Below are positions 1 through 9,142 of a DNA stretch of 34,661 nucleotides, piece by piece (the first letter of the stretch is position 1; every line of letters begins with the position of its first letter). Under the pieces are notes generated by a model that was given only the letters and a program-made list of their open reading frames with translations, was not told where the DNA came from and searched no databases. Made by a program: the position numbers and the translations under genes. Source of the stretch: Chitinophagaceae bacterium (GTDB lineage Bacteria; Bacteroidota; Bacteroidia; Chitinophagales; UBA10324); assembly GCA_023251195.1 (NCBI GenBank), contig JAHEZG010000003.1, positions 1 through 34,661 on the forward strand, given 5' to 3'.

Positions 1-2
1 TT

Positions 3-833
3 ATTGTGGATGATACACCTGAAGCAATTGTGATTTCAGGTTTCGATCCTGTACGCCGCGAAATTGCGCGCCTCTCGCTGCAACGATTAGTGGCAGATGG
101 TCGCATTCACCCGGCCCGCATTGAAGAGGTGGTCGAAAAAACCAAGAAGCAACTCGAAGACCAGATAATGGAAATCGGTGAGCGCACCATTATTGAGTTG
201 GGCATTAACGGCATGCACCGCGAACTCATTCGCATGGTAGGTCGCATGCGCTTCCGCTCTTCGTACGGACAAAATCTGTTACAGCACTCCAAAGAAACCG
301 CCAACCTCTGCGCCATCATGGCTTCCGAGTTGGGCATTAATCCGAAGATGGCGAAGCGCGCCGGACTGTTACACGACATCGGAAAAGTGCCGGATAAAGA
401 AACTGAATTGAGTCACGCATTGCTCGGAGCAAAAATTGCCGAAGAGTATGGCGAGTCGCCCGCCATTGTCAATGCCATTGGTGCTCACCACGACGAAATG
501 GAAATGCAGTATGTCATCTCGCCCATCATTCAGGCATGCGATGCCATCTCAGGAGCCCGCCCCGGTGCGCGCCGCGAAATGATGGAGAGTTATCTCAAGC
601 GTTTGAAAGATCTCGAAGCATTAGCCATGAGTTATGAAGGCGTGGAAAAAGCGTACGCCATACAAGCCGGAAGAGAATTGCGCGTGATAGTTGAAGCCGA
701 TAAAATTCAGGATAAGCAAGCCGAAGAATTATCATTCACCATGGCGCAGAAAATTGAAAAAGAAATGACTTACCCCGGACAAATAAAAGTGACAGTCATC
801 CGCGAGAAGCGTGCGGTGAATTTTGCGCGGTAA
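3..833 (+). CDS. rny: Ribonuclease Y, C-terminal part (KH and HD domains). The 5' end lies outside the window.
   Basis: The reading frame is open from the window edge. It has a KH-like segment ([21 protein letters not shown]) and HD-domain motifs (LLHDIGK, GAHHDE). The C-terminus (...[11 protein letters not shown]) is typical of RNase Y. Confidence 0.9.
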   Translation: MVDDTPEAIVISGFDPVRREIARLSLQRLVADGRIHPARIEEVVEKTKKQLEDQIMEIGERTIIELGINGMHRELIRMVGRMRFRSSYGQNLLQHSKETANLCAIMASELGINPKMAKRAGLLHDIGKVPDKETELSHALLGAKIAEEYGESPAIVNAIGAHHDEMEMQYVISPIIQACDAISGARPGARREMMESYLKRLKDLEALAMSYEGVEKAYAIQAGRELRVIVEADKIQDKQAEELSFTMAQKIEKEMTYPGQIKVTVIREKRAVNFAR

Positions 834-856
834 GTTTTCAGAAAATATTTTTTAAG

Positions 857-895
857 AAAAGAGCGACTCAATTTTTTTGAGTCGCTCTTTTATAT
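857..895 (+). terminator. Rho-independent terminator after rny
   Basis: Perfect 15-bp stem: aaaagagcgactcaa (857-871) pairs with ttgagtcgctctttt (877-891). The loop is ttttt and a T-rich tail follows. Confidence 0.8.
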
Positions 896-1102
896 TTTGA
901 AGCAATTCAAAGTATTTAATTTTTTAAGTCAGACAATAGAAAAGTCATAAAAGAACAATCAGATTATTTCATTTATCAAACCAATTTTTGGACTGTTTTT
1001 CTACATATTAGTTCATTTGAAAAGCGGGCAGTCATATTCATTATTAATTTCTTCCTGTAATAAAGTTGGCAAATCTTCCCTTTGGAAAATTATTTTTGCT
1101 CC

Positions 1103-2548
1103 ATGAGCCTATCAGAAAAATACGAAGCGGTTATCGGGTTAGAAGTGCATGTGCAATTACTGACGAAGAGCAAGGCATTTTCGAGCGACGCGAATGAATA
1201 TGGCGCCGCGCCCAACACACAACTGAGTGTAATTACTCTCGGGCATCCGGGCACATTGCCGCGATTTAACCGGAAAGCTTTGGAGTATGCGGTGAAGATT
1301 GGACTGGCAACGAACTGTAACATCCGCCGCGAAAATCAGTGGGCGCGCAAAAATTATTTCTATCCCGATTTACCGAAGGGGTACCAGATTACACAGCATA
1401 CCACTCCTCTTTGTACCGATGGATTTTTAATGCTGAAAATGGAGGGCTACGAAAAGAAAATCGGCATCACGCGCATACACATGGAGGAAGATGCAGGAAA
1501 AAGTATGCACGACCAGGACCCGTATTTCACTCTAATTGATTTGAACCGCGCCGGAATTCCGTTGATAGAAATTGTGAGCGAACCTGATTTGCGCACGGCT
1601 GACGAAGCTTATACTTATGTAAGTGAAATCAGAAAAATTGTTCGCTACTTGGATATATGCGATGGAAATATGGAAGAGGGTAGCATGCGTTGTGATGCGA
1701 ATGTTTCGGTGCGATTGAAAGGCGCTACAGAATTCGGACAGAAAGTGGAAGTGAAAAACATGAACTCGATTCGCAATGTGAAACGCGCCATTGAACATGA
1801 AATTATCAGGCAGATTGATATAATAGAAAAAGGTGAGCGAGTTGATATGGATACCAGAAGTTTTGATGCGCTGAAAGGCACAACCACTTCTATGCGCTCG
1901 AAAGAAGCCGCGAATGATTATCGTTATTTTCCTGAACCTGATTTGCCACCCATTATTGTTTCGGAAGAATATATACAGAAAGTAAAATCAGCAATGCCAT
2001 CATTACCCGAACAATTGAAACAACAATTTATTTCACTGGGATTATCGGAATACGATGCATCGGTTTTAACTGAAGAAAAAGAAACAGCAAATTATTTTAT
2101 AGCTGTTTGCCAAGAAACAAAAAATGCGAAAGCTGCAGTGAATTGGGTAATGGGTCCGGTGAAATCTTTTTGCAATGAGCAGGCAATTTCTATTTCTGAT
2201 TTCTCCATTCCTGCAAAAACTATTTCTGAATTGATTGCCATGATTGATGAAGGCGGAATGAATTTTTCCATCGCTTCACAAAAATTATTTCCTGAATTAT
2301 TGAAAAATCCTTCGGCCAATCCGAAACAGTTAGCAGGAGTAATGAACCTGATTCAACAGAGCGATGAAGGGTTGATTTTAAAATACATTGACGAAGCACT
2401 TGCTAAATTTCCGGAGAAGGTGGCAGAATTTAAAGGAGGAAAAACCGGAATCGCCAGTTTGTTCATGGGAGAGGTAATGAAACTTTCGAAAGGAAAAGCG
2501 GATCCGAAACTGACGAATAAATTACTTTTACAAAAACTACAATCCTGA
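1103..2548 (+). CDS. gatB: Asp-tRNA(Asn)/Glu-tRNA(Gln) amidotransferase subunit B
   Basis: N-terminus MSLSEKYEAVIGLEVHVQL matches GatB, with the conserved core (RIHMEEDAGKS, NRAGIPLIEIVSEPD, MRCDANVSVR) and a YqeY-like tail. I prefer the ATG at 1103 to the upstream TTG at 1082. Confidence 0.92.
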   Translation: MSLSEKYEAVIGLEVHVQLLTKSKAFSSDANEYGAAPNTQLSVITLGHPGTLPRFNRKALEYAVKIGLATNCNIRRENQWARKNYFYPDLPKGYQITQHTTPLCTDGFLMLKMEGYEKKIGITRIHMEEDAGKSMHDQDPYFTLIDLNRAGIPLIEIVSEPDLRTADEAYTYVSEIRKIVRYLDICDGNMEEGSMRCDANVSVRLKGATEFGQKVEVKNMNSIRNVKRAIEHEIIRQIDIIEKGERVDMDTRSFDALKGTTTSMRSKEAANDYRYFPEPDLPPIIVSEEYIQKVKSAMPSLPEQLKQQFISLGLSEYDASVLTEEKETANYFIAVCQETKNAKAAVNWVMGPVKSFCNEQAISISDFSIPAKTISELIAMIDEGGMNFSIASQKLFPELLKNPSANPKQLAGVMNLIQQSDEGLILKYIDEALAKFPEKVAEFKGGKTGIASLFMGEVMKLSKGKADPKLTNKLLLQKLQS

Positions 2549-2600
2549 CAATTCACTTTTGCGAAATCAAAGATTTACAAAACGCTAAATAAAAAATTCA

Positions 2601-3737
2601 ATGAGTAAAAAAATAATTTTTACGCTTCTCCTTTCATCCACAATTGTTTTAGCATTTGCTCAAAAAAACTTTACAATAACAGGCCATGTTACAGGGTTAC
2701 CTGAAGGTGCACCGCTGATTTTTGAAAAATTAAATTATTCAATCATCAAACCCATTGATACCATTCAGGCACCAAAGGATGGCGCATTTATTTTTAAAGA
2801 AACCACAACTGAAGAAAGCCTGTATCGGATTAGAATTACTGACCAGATTAATTTTTTGGTAATTGCTGATTCAAATACAAAAATTATAAAAGTGGAAGCT
2901 GATATAAATAAGTTAGTCAATTTTGAATATACAATTGAAGGCTCAAAGCTGACGGAACAAATCAGAGATTTTGTTATCAATGCGAATAAGCAATATGTAA
3001 TGGTTCAGAATTTAGGAACAGAATTGCAAAATCCTGCTCTGCCCGATTCTGTGAAGCAACTAAAGCAAATGCAATACAATTATTACAACAGTGTGGCCCA
3101 GCAATATATTACCCAGTACCTCGATACGGTAAGCGATCCGGTGATTGGCGCATTTGGTGGATTAAGTTTTTTTGATGTAAAGAACAATGTTGCTTTCGCT
3201 ACAAAGTTGGAAAAACGATTGTACGATAATTATAAAACCAATTCACTTGTGATTGATTTTGTAAAACATGCTGAAGAAGTAAAAAAAGAAATGGAACCAC
3301 CTGTTGCTTTTCCAATTGGCACCACAGTTCCTGATATAATTTTAAAAGATACAACAGGAAAAGAAATTCATTTGTATGATTTAAAAGGCAAGTATGTACT
3401 GATTGATTTCTGGGCATCGTGGTGCGGCCCTTGCCGAAAAGAAAATCCGAATGTGGTGGCCGCTTACAATAAATACAAAGACAATGGCTATACAGTTTTC
3501 AGTATTTCACTTGATAGTGACCGAAACAAATGGATTGGCGCCATTAAAAAAGATAACCTCTCGTGGCCCTATCATGTAAGTGAATTAAAAGGATGGCAAT
3601 CGCAAATTTGTCAACCTTGGAAAATTCAATCTATACCATCCAATTTTTTAATTGATATGGATGGAAAAGTAATTGGTACAAACCTGCGTGGCGAATCGCT
3701 TGATGATGTTTTAAAACAGATTTTTGAAAAAAAATAA
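2601..3737 (+). CDS. TlpA/ResA-like thiol:disulfide oxidoreductase with a DUF4369-like N-terminal domain (secreted)
   Basis: Signal peptide (MSKKIIFTLLLSSTIVLAFAQ). The C-terminal thioredoxin fold carries the active site FWASWCGPCRKENP. Confidence 0.85.
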   Translation: MSKKIIFTLLLSSTIVLAFAQKNFTITGHVTGLPEGAPLIFEKLNYSIIKPIDTIQAPKDGAFIFKETTTEESLYRIRITDQINFLVIADSNTKIIKVEADINKLVNFEYTIEGSKLTEQIRDFVINANKQYVMVQNLGTELQNPALPDSVKQLKQMQYNYYNSVAQQYITQYLDTVSDPVIGAFGGLSFFDVKNNVAFATKLEKRLYDNYKTNSLVIDFVKHAEEVKKEMEPPVAFPIGTTVPDIILKDTTGKEIHLYDLKGKYVLIDFWASWCGPCRKENPNVVAAYNKYKDNGYTVFSISLDSDRNKWIGAIKKDNLSWPYHVSELKGWQSQICQPWKIQSIPSNFLIDMDGKVIGTNLRGESLDDVLKQIFEKK

Positions 3738-3849
3738 CATCGAACTTCTTATCGTTTAATCAGGATTTTAAAAAACAGACATGAATGCAATCTGATAAAC
3801 TTCTGAAAAGCCAAATTTTAATTTAACTGATTATAATTAAAAAACTAAA

Positions 3850-4998
3850 ATGAAAAATATTTTTTTCTGCATTCTTTCCATATTTTTTATAGCAATTACT
3901 TCTTGTGAAAATAAAAACGGATATGTAATCAGTGGCAAAATGCTGAACCAGCCTGCAGGCTCAAAAATTTTTTTAGAAGAATTGGAATACAATAAAGTCA
4001 TTGCAATCGATACAACAATTACCGGAGCAGAAGGGCAGTTTCGATTTGAAGGATACCTCTCTCACCTCGGTTTGTATCGTATACAATGCAACAATAAGAA
4101 TGCTGTATTTTTAGTACTCGACAAAAATTCAGCTGCCATTGAAGTTGAAGCTGATACAACAAATTTTTTTCTAAAACCATATACGGTAAAAGGCTCAGTA
4201 CCATCAGAACAGTTCCAGCGATTTATTTCGCAAGTAAGTGAAATTTATAAATCAATAAATGATTTAACAGCCGGACTGCCCTCATCTGCTTCTGAATTGT
4301 CTGATTCGTTAAATGATTTATATAACCAGCAAATTCAAATGGCAACTGATAATGGTAGAAAATGGATTGCCAATTATGTTGATACTACCTCTAATCCGAT
4401 AATTGCCGTTTTTGCGCTAAGTAATTTTTTGACACCAGATATGGATAAAGAAACTTTTGAAAAATTTGTGACTAAGGCAAAAACAAAATACACAGATGTT
4501 CCAATGGTTGTTGATTTTGCTAAGGATGTGGACATTGCATTTAAAAAAATGAATCGCAAGGAAGGAGAAGCATTGTTTGCCAATGGAGTTCAGCTGCCTG
4601 AAATAAATATGGCCGATATAAATGGAAATAATATTTCACTCGCATCGCTGAAAGGAAAATATGTGCTGGTTGATTTCTGGGCTTCGTGGTGCGGCCCGTG
4701 TAGAGCAGAAAACCCCAATGTGGTTGCGGCTTACAATATTTTTAAAGACAAAGGATTTACAGTTTATTCCATTTCATTAGATGATGATTTAGAAAAATGG
4801 AAGCAAGCAATTGCAAAAGATAAACTCACATGGCAGTATCATGTAAGTGAATTGAAAGGATGGGAATCAGCCATTGTTCACGAGTTTGGTATCAATGCCA
4901 TTCCCACAAATTATCTGATTGATAAAGAAGGAAAAATTATTGCTTCCAATTTAAGAGGGAAGGAATTGGAAAATATTCTTGGGCAGCGTTTGAAATAG
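3850..4998 (+). CDS. TlpA/ResA-like thiol:disulfide oxidoreductase, tandem paralogue of 2601-3737 (probable lipoprotein)
   Basis: Signal and lipobox-like N-terminus (...IAITSCEN). Same two-domain layout as 2601-3737, with active site FWASWCGPCRAENP. Long stretches match the upstream paralogue at protein level. Confidence 0.85.
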   Translation: MKNIFFCILSIFFIAITSCENKNGYVISGKMLNQPAGSKIFLEELEYNKVIAIDTTITGAEGQFRFEGYLSHLGLYRIQCNNKNAVFLVLDKNSAAIEVEADTTNFFLKPYTVKGSVPSEQFQRFISQVSEIYKSINDLTAGLPSSASELSDSLNDLYNQQIQMATDNGRKWIANYVDTTSNPIIAVFALSNFLTPDMDKETFEKFVTKAKTKYTDVPMVVDFAKDVDIAFKKMNRKEGEALFANGVQLPEINMADINGNNISLASLKGKYVLVDFWASWCGPCRAENPNVVAAYNIFKDKGFTVYSISLDDDLEKWKQAIAKDKLTWQYHVSELKGWESAIVHEFGINAIPTNYLIDKEGKIIASNLRGKELENILGQRLK

Positions 4999-5209
4999 AA
5001 TTGGAAGTTCATTGCATGCTTATCAATGACTCCTGTTTTTTTCATTTGTTCCGGCAGTACTTTAATAAGAGCCGATAGTATTTTTTCAATCGCATCGTTT
5101 TCTTTCCAATGCTTAAATGTTTTCATGCAACAATTTAGTATTATTTCCAGTCACTGCTATGAGATATCAATTAATTAACTAAACTTTGATAACAATAAAA
5201 TCATGCAAC

Positions 5210-6307
5210 ATGAAAACTAAAATTTTTCTATCCGGATTTTTTCTAACAATAATTCTTGTTGGTTTTTATTCCTGTAAAAAAGAAAGTGGAACTGTTCAGG
5301 CATCGGTCTTACGACTAAGTTTACCTGATGTTCCTTTTGAATACAATGCCATGCAAAATACTTTTCCACCCAGATCCAACGATTTAATTACACTGGGACG
5401 AGTATTGTTTTATGACACACACCTTTCAGCCGGTAATTCAATTTCGTGCGCTTCGTGCCATAAACAAGCAATTGGTTTTTCTGACAACACTGCTTTCAGC
5501 CGGGGTTTTGAAAATAAATTAACCGGAAGAAATTCAATACCAATTCAAAATCTGGGTTCTTTTCAAGGTCAACCAACCAGTTTATTCTGGGATGGAAGAG
5601 AATCATTTCTGACTTCAATGGTTTTGAAACCAATTACCAACCATGTTGAAATGGGAATGAATGATGACAATGCAATTGCTGAGCGAGTAAATAAAGTGCC
5701 TTTTTATCCCGAACTTTTTGCAAAGGCATATGATGGTGATAAAACAATAACAGCTGTTAAAATTGCAGAGGCCATTGCATCCTTTTGCGGTCAAATAAAA
5801 ACCACTAATACTAAATTCGATTTATTTAACAGTGGCCAAACTAAATTGAGCGGATTGGAAACCGAAGGAATGAATTTGTTTTTTTCAAAATACAATTGCG
5901 GTAGCTGTCATCAATCAACTACAATTCCATCGTATGGAGGATTTTTTACTGATTTTATAAATATTGGTTTGGATGAAAATTATACAGATAAAGGTCGTGG
6001 TGCACAAACCGGATTAGAAGTTGATAACGGAAAATTCAAAGTTCCATCGTTAAGAAATATTGAACTAACTGCACCTTACATGCACGATGGAAGATTTGCC
6101 ACACTTGTTGAGGTGCTTGATCATTATAGTCATGGCATTGCGAACAGTGCCAACCTTGATGAAAGATTGAAAGGTACAAACGGGCTTCCATTGCAAATGA
6201 ATATTTCTAATCAGGAAAAAACCGCACTCATTGCTTTTCTTAATACGCTAACTGATTATACAATAACTCAGGATGTGAGATTTTCAACTCCGTTCATTTC
6301 ACAATAA
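5210..6307 (+). CDS. Di-haem cytochrome c peroxidase (bacterial CCP/MauG family), probable lipoprotein
   Basis: Two CxxCH haem motifs (CASCH, CGSCH). Also LFWDGRE and VPSLRNIELTAPYMHDGRF motifs. Lipobox-like VGFYSC. The ATG at 5210 (MKTKIFLSG...) is preferred to the TTG at 5186. Confidence 0.85.
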   Translation: MKTKIFLSGFFLTIILVGFYSCKKESGTVQASVLRLSLPDVPFEYNAMQNTFPPRSNDLITLGRVLFYDTHLSAGNSISCASCHKQAIGFSDNTAFSRGFENKLTGRNSIPIQNLGSFQGQPTSLFWDGRESFLTSMVLKPITNHVEMGMNDDNAIAERVNKVPFYPELFAKAYDGDKTITAVKIAEAIASFCGQIKTTNTKFDLFNSGQTKLSGLETEGMNLFFSKYNCGSCHQSTTIPSYGGFFTDFINIGLDENYTDKGRGAQTGLEVDNGKFKVPSLRNIELTAPYMHDGRFATLVEVLDHYSHGIANSANLDERLKGTNGLPLQMNISNQEKTALIAFLNTLTDYTITQDVRFSTPFISQ

Positions 6308-6317
6308 AGATATTTAA

Positions 6318-7040
6318 ATGCTGAAAAAAATAGTACTGACGAGTGTTTTCATTTTGTCAATCTGTTACAGTTACGCGCAAACAGATTCTACACAAACAAA
6401 AAAAATAAATCATTACATCGGAATTCAGGCCAATCCTTTATTCAGGCAAATAATTAATCTGAATAACAACAACTCAAATGCTGTGATTAATCCATATCTG
6501 TTAACCTATTCATTTATATTTTCGAAATGCGGATGGGGAATTCAAACAGGAATCGGATACAATTATTCTGTTACAGCAGATAAGGATGCACCTGCAAACC
6601 ATCAATCAAAAATCAATGATTTATTTTATCGCGCAGGGGTTGGTCGGAAAATTGTTTTGTCGAAAAAATTTGAAGCAGAATTTTCGCTCGATGTGGCAGG
6701 TGATTACCGTAACGACCGAACTTTTTCGATGTCGGTTACTAATTTCGGTAGCGGATCAAGTGATTCGGTGGCAACCACAGTTACCAGTAATATCACCAGT
6801 ATTGGCGGAGGAATCAGGGGAGGATTGAATTTTTATTTATCACCAAAAATTCTTCTCGGAACCGAAGCAAACTATTACTATTTAATCTCACCGCAAAAGC
6901 AAAATATTTTTATAAAGGAAACAATTACACAACCCGGTTTTGCCACCAACTCCACTTCAACAAACGAAAATCAATCAATTGATAACTCCAAGTTTTCGTT
7001 AACACTTCCGGCCGTTTTATTTTTAATTGTTAAATTTTAG
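6318..7040 (+). CDS. Hypothetical outer-membrane beta-barrel-like protein
   Basis: Signal peptide ending SYAQ. Gly/Tyr/Ser-rich segments with alternating hydrophobicity. Terminal ...LIVKF with a C-terminal Phe. Starts 10 nt after the peroxidase stop. Confidence 0.6.
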   Translation: MLKKIVLTSVFILSICYSYAQTDSTQTKKINHYIGIQANPLFRQIINLNNNNSNAVINPYLLTYSFIFSKCGWGIQTGIGYNYSVTADKDAPANHQSKINDLFYRAGVGRKIVLSKKFEAEFSLDVAGDYRNDRTFSMSVTNFGSGSSDSVATTVTSNITSIGGGIRGGLNFYLSPKILLGTEANYYYLISPQKQNIFIKETITQPGFATNSTSTNENQSIDNSKFSLTLPAVLFLIVKF

Positions 7041-7577
7041 ATGATAACAATGAATCATAAATTTTTTTTTACCTGCCTGCTGTTATTAACGATTGGTACT
7101 ATTATAACCATCGGGTGCAATAACAAAGGTTGTACTGATAAAAAGGCAATTAATTATAGTGTTGTAGCGAATAAAAATGATCGCTCATGCGAATATTGTG
7201 ATTCTACTAATACACAAACAGGAAGTGCTCAGTTATACCTGATTGATAATAATTTTTCAAGCATACACTATCAGGAAACCGTAGCTAAATTTACTGTATC
7301 GCAGTATAGTTTGGATTTTAACGATGTGACATGCGGAAATGAACGATGCGAAATTATAGTTGCCATTGAAAATATGACCAACCAGGATTTTGATTTGTAT
7401 TACACACTTCAAAGTTTTGGCAATGTGTTTTTTTTTTATGAAAAACAGGTAACTGTGCCTGCATTTCAAACGATTAATGATGGCGCTGTGCCGGATTCTT
7501 TAATCAGTAATCCGTGTGGGTTTTTTAGTTCAGGTTCATTGAGTGTTTCTAATAATTCAGCGATCATTTATCATTAA
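7041..7577 (+). CDS. Hypothetical Cys-rich lipoprotein
   Basis: The ATG directly abuts the stop of the upstream gene. Lipobox is ITIGC. It carries the motif GCTDKKAINYSVVANKNDRSCEYC plus three further Cys. No recognisable catalytic domain. Confidence 0.6.
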   Translation: MITMNHKFFFTCLLLLTIGTIITIGCNNKGCTDKKAINYSVVANKNDRSCEYCDSTNTQTGSAQLYLIDNNFSSIHYQETVAKFTVSQYSLDFNDVTCGNERCEIIVAIENMTNQDFDLYYTLQSFGNVFFFYEKQVTVPAFQTINDGAVPDSLISNPCGFFSSGSLSVSNNSAIIYH

Positions 7578-7722
7578 TCAAAAACAGTAATTCATTAGAA
7601 TTTGATACATTATTATTTCTGCATTCATTAAATTGTAGAGATATTAATTTTGAATAGCAGTCAAGTCGTATTGAACTTCATATTTTGTTTGCAAGCAATA
7701 GTACCAAGCTGAATTATTTAGT

Positions 7723-8526
7723 TCATGAAATGCGCTCCACAATTACTAAAATTCCAATCACAAGTATTACATATCCGGCTATCACTTTTAATTTATCAGC
7801 ATGAATTTTTTTTGCAATGCCCCAGCTGATTATCATACCTATAACTGTTAGGAAAGTATAAATCAATAAAAAATTCCAACTATAAACTTCATGTGAGGTA
7901 TCAGCGGAAAAAGAAATAAGCGAGTTGAGTGTAATTAACCAAAGTGATGTTCCAACTGCAACTTTCATATCCAAGTTGAAATAAATTACAAGAACCGGAA
8001 CAATTAAAAATCCTCCGCCAATACCAAGCAACCCGATTAATAATCCGACAATAATTCCGGCAACAATTGCCGGTAAAATATTTTTAGAATGAATAATTTC
8101 TGAATCTATTTTTCTTGGCCGAATCATATTTCTTGCAATAACGATTAACAGGATTGCAAATAATAACATGAGGTATGAATCTTTATTGATAATTATTGAA
8201 GAAGAGAATTTTATTGAAGCAGGAAGCAGCGGAACTAGAAACCGTCGGGTTATTAAAGCTGAAATCACTGATGGAATTCCTAAATACAAAACCGGTTTCC
8301 ATGCCACTTGTCGTTTCAATAAATTATAAAATGCTCCGGCTAATGATGTAACTCCAACTACAAAAACAGAATCTGGAATTGCTTGAGTTGGTGCAATACC
8401 CATAAAATAAACCAGCACCGGAACTGTGATGGCGGAACCTCCACTACCCAATAACCCTAAACTCAAGCCAATTATGAAGGCGAGCAACAATCCAATAATA
8501 TGAAGGAGTGTATCGAAGGGGAACAC
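7723..8526 (-). CDS. TauE/SafE family sulfite/anion exporter-like permease
   Basis: Polytopic membrane protein with the duplicated Gly-rich motifs of this family (GLLGSGGSAITVPVL and GLLGIGGGFLIVPVL). A GTG start at 8526 gives about 267 aa. The longer ORF reaching 8823 is rejected (see the rejected list). Confidence 0.75.
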   Translation of the reverse strand: MFPFDTLLHIIGLLLAFIIGLSLGLLGSGGSAITVPVLVYFMGIAPTQAIPDSVFVVGVTSLAGAFYNLLKRQVAWKPVLYLGIPSVISALITRRFLVPLLPASIKFSSSIIINKDSYLMLLFAILLIVIARNMIRPRKIDSEIIHSKNILPAIVAGIIVGLLIGLLGIGGGFLIVPVLVIYFNLDMKVAVGTSLWLITLNSLISFSADTSHEVYSWNFLLIYTFLTVIGMIISWGIAKKIHADKLKVIAGYVILVIGILVIVERIS

Positions 8527-8553
8527 GAATTTGAAATTATGTGCGAATGTAAT

Positions 8554-8606
8554 CTGTAGCCAGTAAATCAGTAGGCAGTATTCAGTAGGCAGTAGGCAGA
8601 AGGCAG
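8554..8606 (-). repeat. Degenerate heptanucleotide tandem array (plus strand CAGTAGG, gene strand CCTACTG), about 7 units, 28 nt upstream of the tauE-like start
   Basis: Plus-strand units: ctgtagc, cagtaaat, cagtagg, cagtatt, cagtagg, cagtagg, cagaagg, cag. Confidence 0.85.
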
Positions 8607-8647
8607 TTTGTTCTCGAAAAGAAATTCTACTACAAATATTCATTCTC

Positions 8648-8687
8648 CCAAAAAACAAAAAGGCGACACATTGCTGCGCCGCCTTTT
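8648..8687 (-). terminator. Rho-independent terminator after the 8708-9091 gene
   Basis: Minus strand reads aaaaggcg-gcgca-GCAA-tgtgt-cgcctttt followed by tgttttttggg. That gives about a 13-bp stem (including G.U pairs) with a GNRA-type loop and a U tract. It lies about 20 nt after the stop. Confidence 0.7.
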
Positions 8688-8707
8688 GTTTGATGGTTTC
8701 GTGCTCA

Positions 8708-9091
8708 TCATCTCGATGGACCACCACCGGCCTCTCCCTCAGTACCGGCAGAGCCTGACGAAACCATGTTTTTCTTATCCATTGCCTGAATCTTTTGTTG
8801 GATGCGATGAGCCAACTGTACAAGCGGATAAATTACTGTTTCTTCTGATTCTTTCTGGAGTATGTCCAGCACATTTTGTGTTTTATTTTCTGTTTTGATT
8901 TCGTTTTGCATAGCTGATTTGCTGCAATCGTTTGTCACCAAAACTATTTTCACTTCAGTAGTTTGTGTTTTCCTTTGGTTTCCTCCATCGCCTGTTTGTG
9001 CGAAGGTGATTGCCGGAGCAATTGCGAGGAGAACGATTAAAATGGCAACGAATTTTTTCATCGGAGAGAAATTCTTTTTTGTTTTGTTCAT
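8708..9091 (-). CDS. Small secreted hypothetical protein, last gene of the PadR-PspC unit
   Basis: Signal peptide MKKFVAILIVLLAIAPAITFAQ; the likelier start is the ATG at 9061. Gly-rich C-terminus. Same strand as pspC, 50-80 nt downstream, and followed by a terminator. Confidence 0.55.
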   Translation of the reverse strand: MNKTKKNFSPMKKFVAILIVLLAIAPAITFAQTGDGGNQRKTQTTEVKIVLVTNDCSKSAMQNEIKTENKTQNVLDILQKESEETVIYPLVQLAHRIQQKIQAMDKKNMVSSGSAGTEGEAGGGPSR

Positions 9092-9142
9092 GAGCTAAGC
9101 GTTGATGGGTTACTAAAAGTTACAGGTGTTTTAAAATTATTT

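Noticed and set aside
834-1102. I inspected the long AT-rich rny-gatB intergenic region for a tRNA, small RNA or riboswitch.
   Set aside because: Apart from the rny terminator there is no cloverleaf-compatible stem set, no conserved riboswitch core and no extended pairing. TATTTTTG at 1091-1098 fits TAnnTTTG but sits only 4 nt from the ATG, so I did not call it.
4911-5126. A 71-aa minus-strand ORF between the second TlpA gene and the peroxidase gene.
   Set aside because: It overlaps the 3' end of the well-supported TlpA gene by 88 nt and has no recognisable domain, signal or promoter box. The first 40 or so residues could be a gene remnant, but I cannot support a call.
8527-8823. A 99-codon N-terminal extension of the TauE-like ORF (the ORF track gives 7723-8823).
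   Set aside because: The extension runs through the heptamer array and the terminator hairpin at 8648-8687. It also overlaps the 3' end of the same-strand gene 8708-9091 in another frame. Its sequence (…RKTWFRQALPVLRERPVVVHRDDEH…) is not membrane-like. A GTG at 8526 gives a standard-length permease of about 267 aa.
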